Shown here: positions 26,013 to 28,458 of the stretch, in pieces
Numbering within the stretch: position 1 is the stretch's first letter
Layout of the letters: every line of letters starts with the position of its first letter
Source of the DNA: Nitrospinales bacterium
Lineage (GTDB): Bacteria > Nitrospinota > Nitrospinia > Nitrospinales > JAJDAT01
DNA length: 28,458 nt
Assembly: GCA_046757665.1 (NCBI GenBank)
Contig: JBHHYO010000035.1
Span: 1 to 28,458 of the forward strand
Reading direction: 5' to 3'
Position numbers and translations under genes: made by a program
The notes under the pieces: model-generated
What the model was told of the DNA's origin: nothing
What the model saw: only the letters and a program-made list of their open reading frames with translations
Databases searched by the model: none

Positions 26013-27917
26013 ATGTGTGGAATTGCGGGAATACTGACCCTCGGTGAGAAGACTCAAGCCGAGCCGGATTATGACCAAGCCCTGAAAAGGATGCTGAATT
26101 CTCTGGGGCATCGCGGGCCGGACGACCGGGGCGAGGAAAAAATTTCGCTGGCCGACGGTCAAACCCTGCACCTGGGCCACCGCAGGCTTTCCATCATCGA
26201 CCTTTCCAGTCTGGGGCATCAGCCCATGTCCAGAAAGCAGTCGGCCCTCTGGATTTCCACGAACAGCGAAATTTACAATTACCGCGAACTGCGCGAGGAA
26301 CTGCGCCCGAAACATCATTTCCGATCTCAATCGGACACGGAAGTGCTTTTGGCGGCATACGAGGAATGGGGCGTGAATTGCCTGGAGAAACTGCGCGGCA
26401 TGTTTGCCTTCGCCATCTGGGACGCCTCCCGGCAACGGCTGTTTCTGGCCCGGGACCGGCTGGGGATCAAACCTCTGTATTATTACTCCGGCAAGGACTG
26501 CTTCGTGTTTGCCTCGGAGGTTCGCGCCATCCGCGATTCAAAAATCCCCCGCACCGCCCTCGACCCGACAGGGCTTTACCATTACCTGTCGTTCGGCAGA
26601 TTACAGGCTCCGGAAACTTTGCTGAGTTCCATCCGCGAATTGAAACCCGCCCGCTACCTGCTTTTGCGTCCGCAAGATGGCAAAATCGAGGAAAATGAGT
26701 ACTGGCGCCCCACCAAACCGTCCACGGTCATACCGCTGGGATCGAATATTAAGGAAGAGATCGGCAGGCGGCTGGTCGAATCGGTGCGTCTGCGCCTGGT
26801 CAGCGATGTCCCCGTCGGGAGCTTTCTGAGCGGCGGTATTGATTCAAGCGCTATATCAGGTTTGGCATCGGATCTATCTGATATTCCAATAAAAACTCTA
26901 TCGATTGTCTTCAAGGAAAAGGAGTTCGATGAGTCGGAATACTCCTCTTTGGTCGCCCATGAATTTGGCACCGACCACCACTGCCTGCCACTGGAGGAAT
27001 CCGATTTGCTGGACGCATTGCCGACAGCTATTGCCGCTATGGACCAACCGACCGTTGACGGGGTCAATACCTACCTTATTTCGCGTTGTGCCCGCGAATC
27101 GGGTTTAAAAGTCGTTCTTTCGGGGTTGGGTGGAGACGAGTTGTTCGCGGGTTATGATTCTTTCCGGATTTTGCCGCTTCTAATGCGCTGGGAAAAGAAG
27201 ATGCGCGCCCTGCCCCGCTTGTTGCAAAATTTGGCCGGCTGGGGAATCGAAAAGCTTTTTCCCCTGTCGGACAAAAACACCAAGATGGCGCATTTCATAA
27301 CCGGAAAAACAAACGGGCGTCATTTATATTATTTATACCGCGCCCTGTTTTGTGAGAATCAGATCGAGGGTTTGCTGGCGGACAAGGAAATGGTTTTGTC
27401 CGGCCTGAAAAACCAGCTGGAAATCAGCGAGGCGCTCATGGAGCGGCTAGGCCCACTGAGCGTGGTGGATCAGATTTCTTATCTGGAACTGACGCATTAT
27501 ATGTCCAACATGCTGTTGCGCGATACGGACATGATGAGCATGGCCCATGGCCTGGAAGTGCGCGTGCCGCTGATCGACCAGCTGTTGGTCGAGCTGATGT
27601 TCTCCCTGCCCGGCCACCTCAAGCTGAACGCGGCGAAACCCAAGCCGCTTCTGGTCGATTCCCTCCCCCACAAACTGCCCGACGCAGTGGTGCTCCGCAA
27701 AAAAATGGGATTCACCCTGCCCTTTGAGCAATGGATGCACACCCGCTTGAAGGATGAAATGGAAAGCGTTTTGCTGACTCCGGTGGCTCCGTTAAAAGGA
27801 ATCCTGTCGGAACCCGCAGTCGCCCGGGTGTGGCGGAACTTTCTCGATGGCCAGGTTTCCTGGGCGCGCCCCTGGTCCCTTTATATCCTCAAAAAATGGG
27901 TGGAGCGGAATGTTTAA
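26013..27917 (+). CDS. asnB: Asparagine synthase (glutamine-hydrolysing) family amidotransferase
   Basis: N-terminal MCGIAG nucleophile, HRGPD, HRRLSIIDLS, EIYNY, RDRLGIKPLYY, SGGIDSS, SGLGGDELFAGY, SMAHGLEVRVP, KMGF. Confidence 0.92.
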   Translation: MCGIAGILTLGEKTQAEPDYDQALKRMLNSLGHRGPDDRGEEKISLADGQTLHLGHRRLSIIDLSSLGHQPMSRKQSALWISTNSEIYNYRELREELRPKHHFRSQSDTEVLLAAYEEWGVNCLEKLRGMFAFAIWDASRQRLFLARDRLGIKPLYYYSGKDCFVFASEVRAIRDSKIPRTALDPTGLYHYLSFGRLQAPETLLSSIRELKPARYLLLRPQDGKIEENEYWRPTKPSTVIPLGSNIKEEIGRRLVESVRLRLVSDVPVGSFLSGGIDSSAISGLASDLSDIPIKTLSIVFKEKEFDESEYSSLVAHEFGTDHHCLPLEESDLLDALPTAIAAMDQPTVDGVNTYLISRCARESGLKVVLSGLGGDELFAGYDSFRILPLLMRWEKKMRALPRLLQNLAGWGIEKLFPLSDKNTKMAHFITGKTNGRHLYYLYRALFCENQIEGLLADKEMVLSGLKNQLEISEALMERLGPLSVVDQISYLELTHYMSNMLLRDTDMMSMAHGLEVRVPLIDQLLVELMFSLPGHLKLNAAKPKPLLVDSLPHKLPDAVVLRKKMGFTLPFEQWMHTRLKDEMESVLLTPVAPLKGILSEPAVARVWRNFLDGQVSWARPWSLYILKKWVERNV

Positions 27918-27921
27918 GCCG

Positions 27922-27957
27922 AAAAAAAGCGGACATACCAAAGAGGTATGCCCGCTT
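27922..27957 (-). terminator. Rho-independent terminator, possibly bidirectional, between asnB and the Cys-rich gene
   Basis: Minus strand reads GCGGGCATACC-TCTTT-GGTATGTCCGC followed by T7. Confidence 0.8.
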
Positions 27958-27982
27958 CAAAATCAGGATCGCCGGAAGAAGC

Positions 27983-28213
27983 TCAGGCGGTCTTTTTGTT
28001 TTTTGCAATTTCTTCCAGAGTAGCGTACGAACAGGTGTCGCAGACGTGGTCGATTTCCCGCGAGCACATCACGCAGGCGGAAAGCTCGTTGTCCACCCTG
28101 ACCAGCCCACCGCAATGGTTGCACCTGGGTTGTGGCTTTTTCGGTTTCACCAGCCGGGAGGAGACCCTGTTTTTATTGATCAAAAGCTTGTTGCGTGAAA
28201 TATTTACAATCAT
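27983..28213 (-). CDS. Small cysteine-rich putative metal-binding (zinc-ribbon-like) protein; start uncertain
   Basis: CNHC-x12-CVMC-x7-CDTC with basic flanks. A good same-strand terminator follows. ATG 28213 is preferred over TTG 28303. Confidence 0.65.
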   Translation of the reverse strand: MIVNISRNKLLINKNRVSSRLVKPKKPQPRCNHCGGLVRVDNELSACVMCSREIDHVCDTCSYATLEEIAKNKKTA

Positions 28214-28339
28214 TTGGATGCCTATGAGTTTAAAAATGTCCGTCAAACTTGCCCTTCCCGCCAGCATCACACTTTCAGGCGGATTAAACCTTTGATGCCC
28301 CAAATGCCGAAAGGTTTCAAAAATCCGGCATTCGGATGG

Positions 28340-28458
28340 CTATAATCGGGCCATCACGCCGTTATTGACGGTTTCCACCCTTTCCTTGTTAAACAGAACT
28401 TCCACTAGTTTCATGGCAAATTCCATGGCGGTTCCCGGGCTTCGGCTGGTGAGGATGT
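28340..28458 (-). CDS. C-terminal end of a DJ-1/PfpI (YajL/ThiJ-like) protein; 5' end truncated by the window edge
   Basis: Manual translation ILTSRSPGTAMEFAMKLVEVLFNKERVETVNNGVMARL* matches the TSRGPGTA..FA..LVE C-terminal motif. Confidence 0.8.
   Translation of the reverse strand, partial: ILTSRSPGTAMEFAMKLVEVLFNKERVETVNNGVMARL

Noticed and set aside
1-28458. CRISPR array, tRNA/rRNA, IS or integrase, att sites
   Set aside because: No regularly spaced repeats, RNA gene signatures or recombinase motifs were seen by eye. Short or degenerate sites could have been missed.

Overview
Bacterial chromosomal window, mostly GC-rich housekeeping DNA. The gene mix is reminiscent of Nitrospinota-type genomes, but that is only an inference. 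The most interesting part is an AT-richer accessory module at the left end: a 1025-aa SNF2/RapA-like ATPase (4479-1402, minus) overlapping a sacsin/NOV-like GHKL ATPase gene (1412 to beyond position 1). The second gene is missing from the ORF track because it runs off the window. The pair sits 4 bp behind a host operon (amino acid dehydrogenase, DUF2892) and is a candidate undescribed anti-phage system. The rest, left to right: nadC; a minus-strand bioF / esterase / GAF-PAS histidine kinase / bioC / Maf-DUF115 run; a small hypothetical gene; a tightly coupled TolC / MFP / ABC ATPase / MacB permease / PabB-like / PabC-like / DUF1566 operon; an RsmB/NOP methyltransferase; a REP-like palindromic element; a MerR-like HTH-receiver regulator; a split transketolase; an AsnB-type amidotransferase; a small triple-CxxC protein; and the 3' end of a DJ-1/PfpI gene. 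No rRNA, tRNA, CRISPR array, integrase or transposase was seen. All calls come from manual motif reading, with no database searches.
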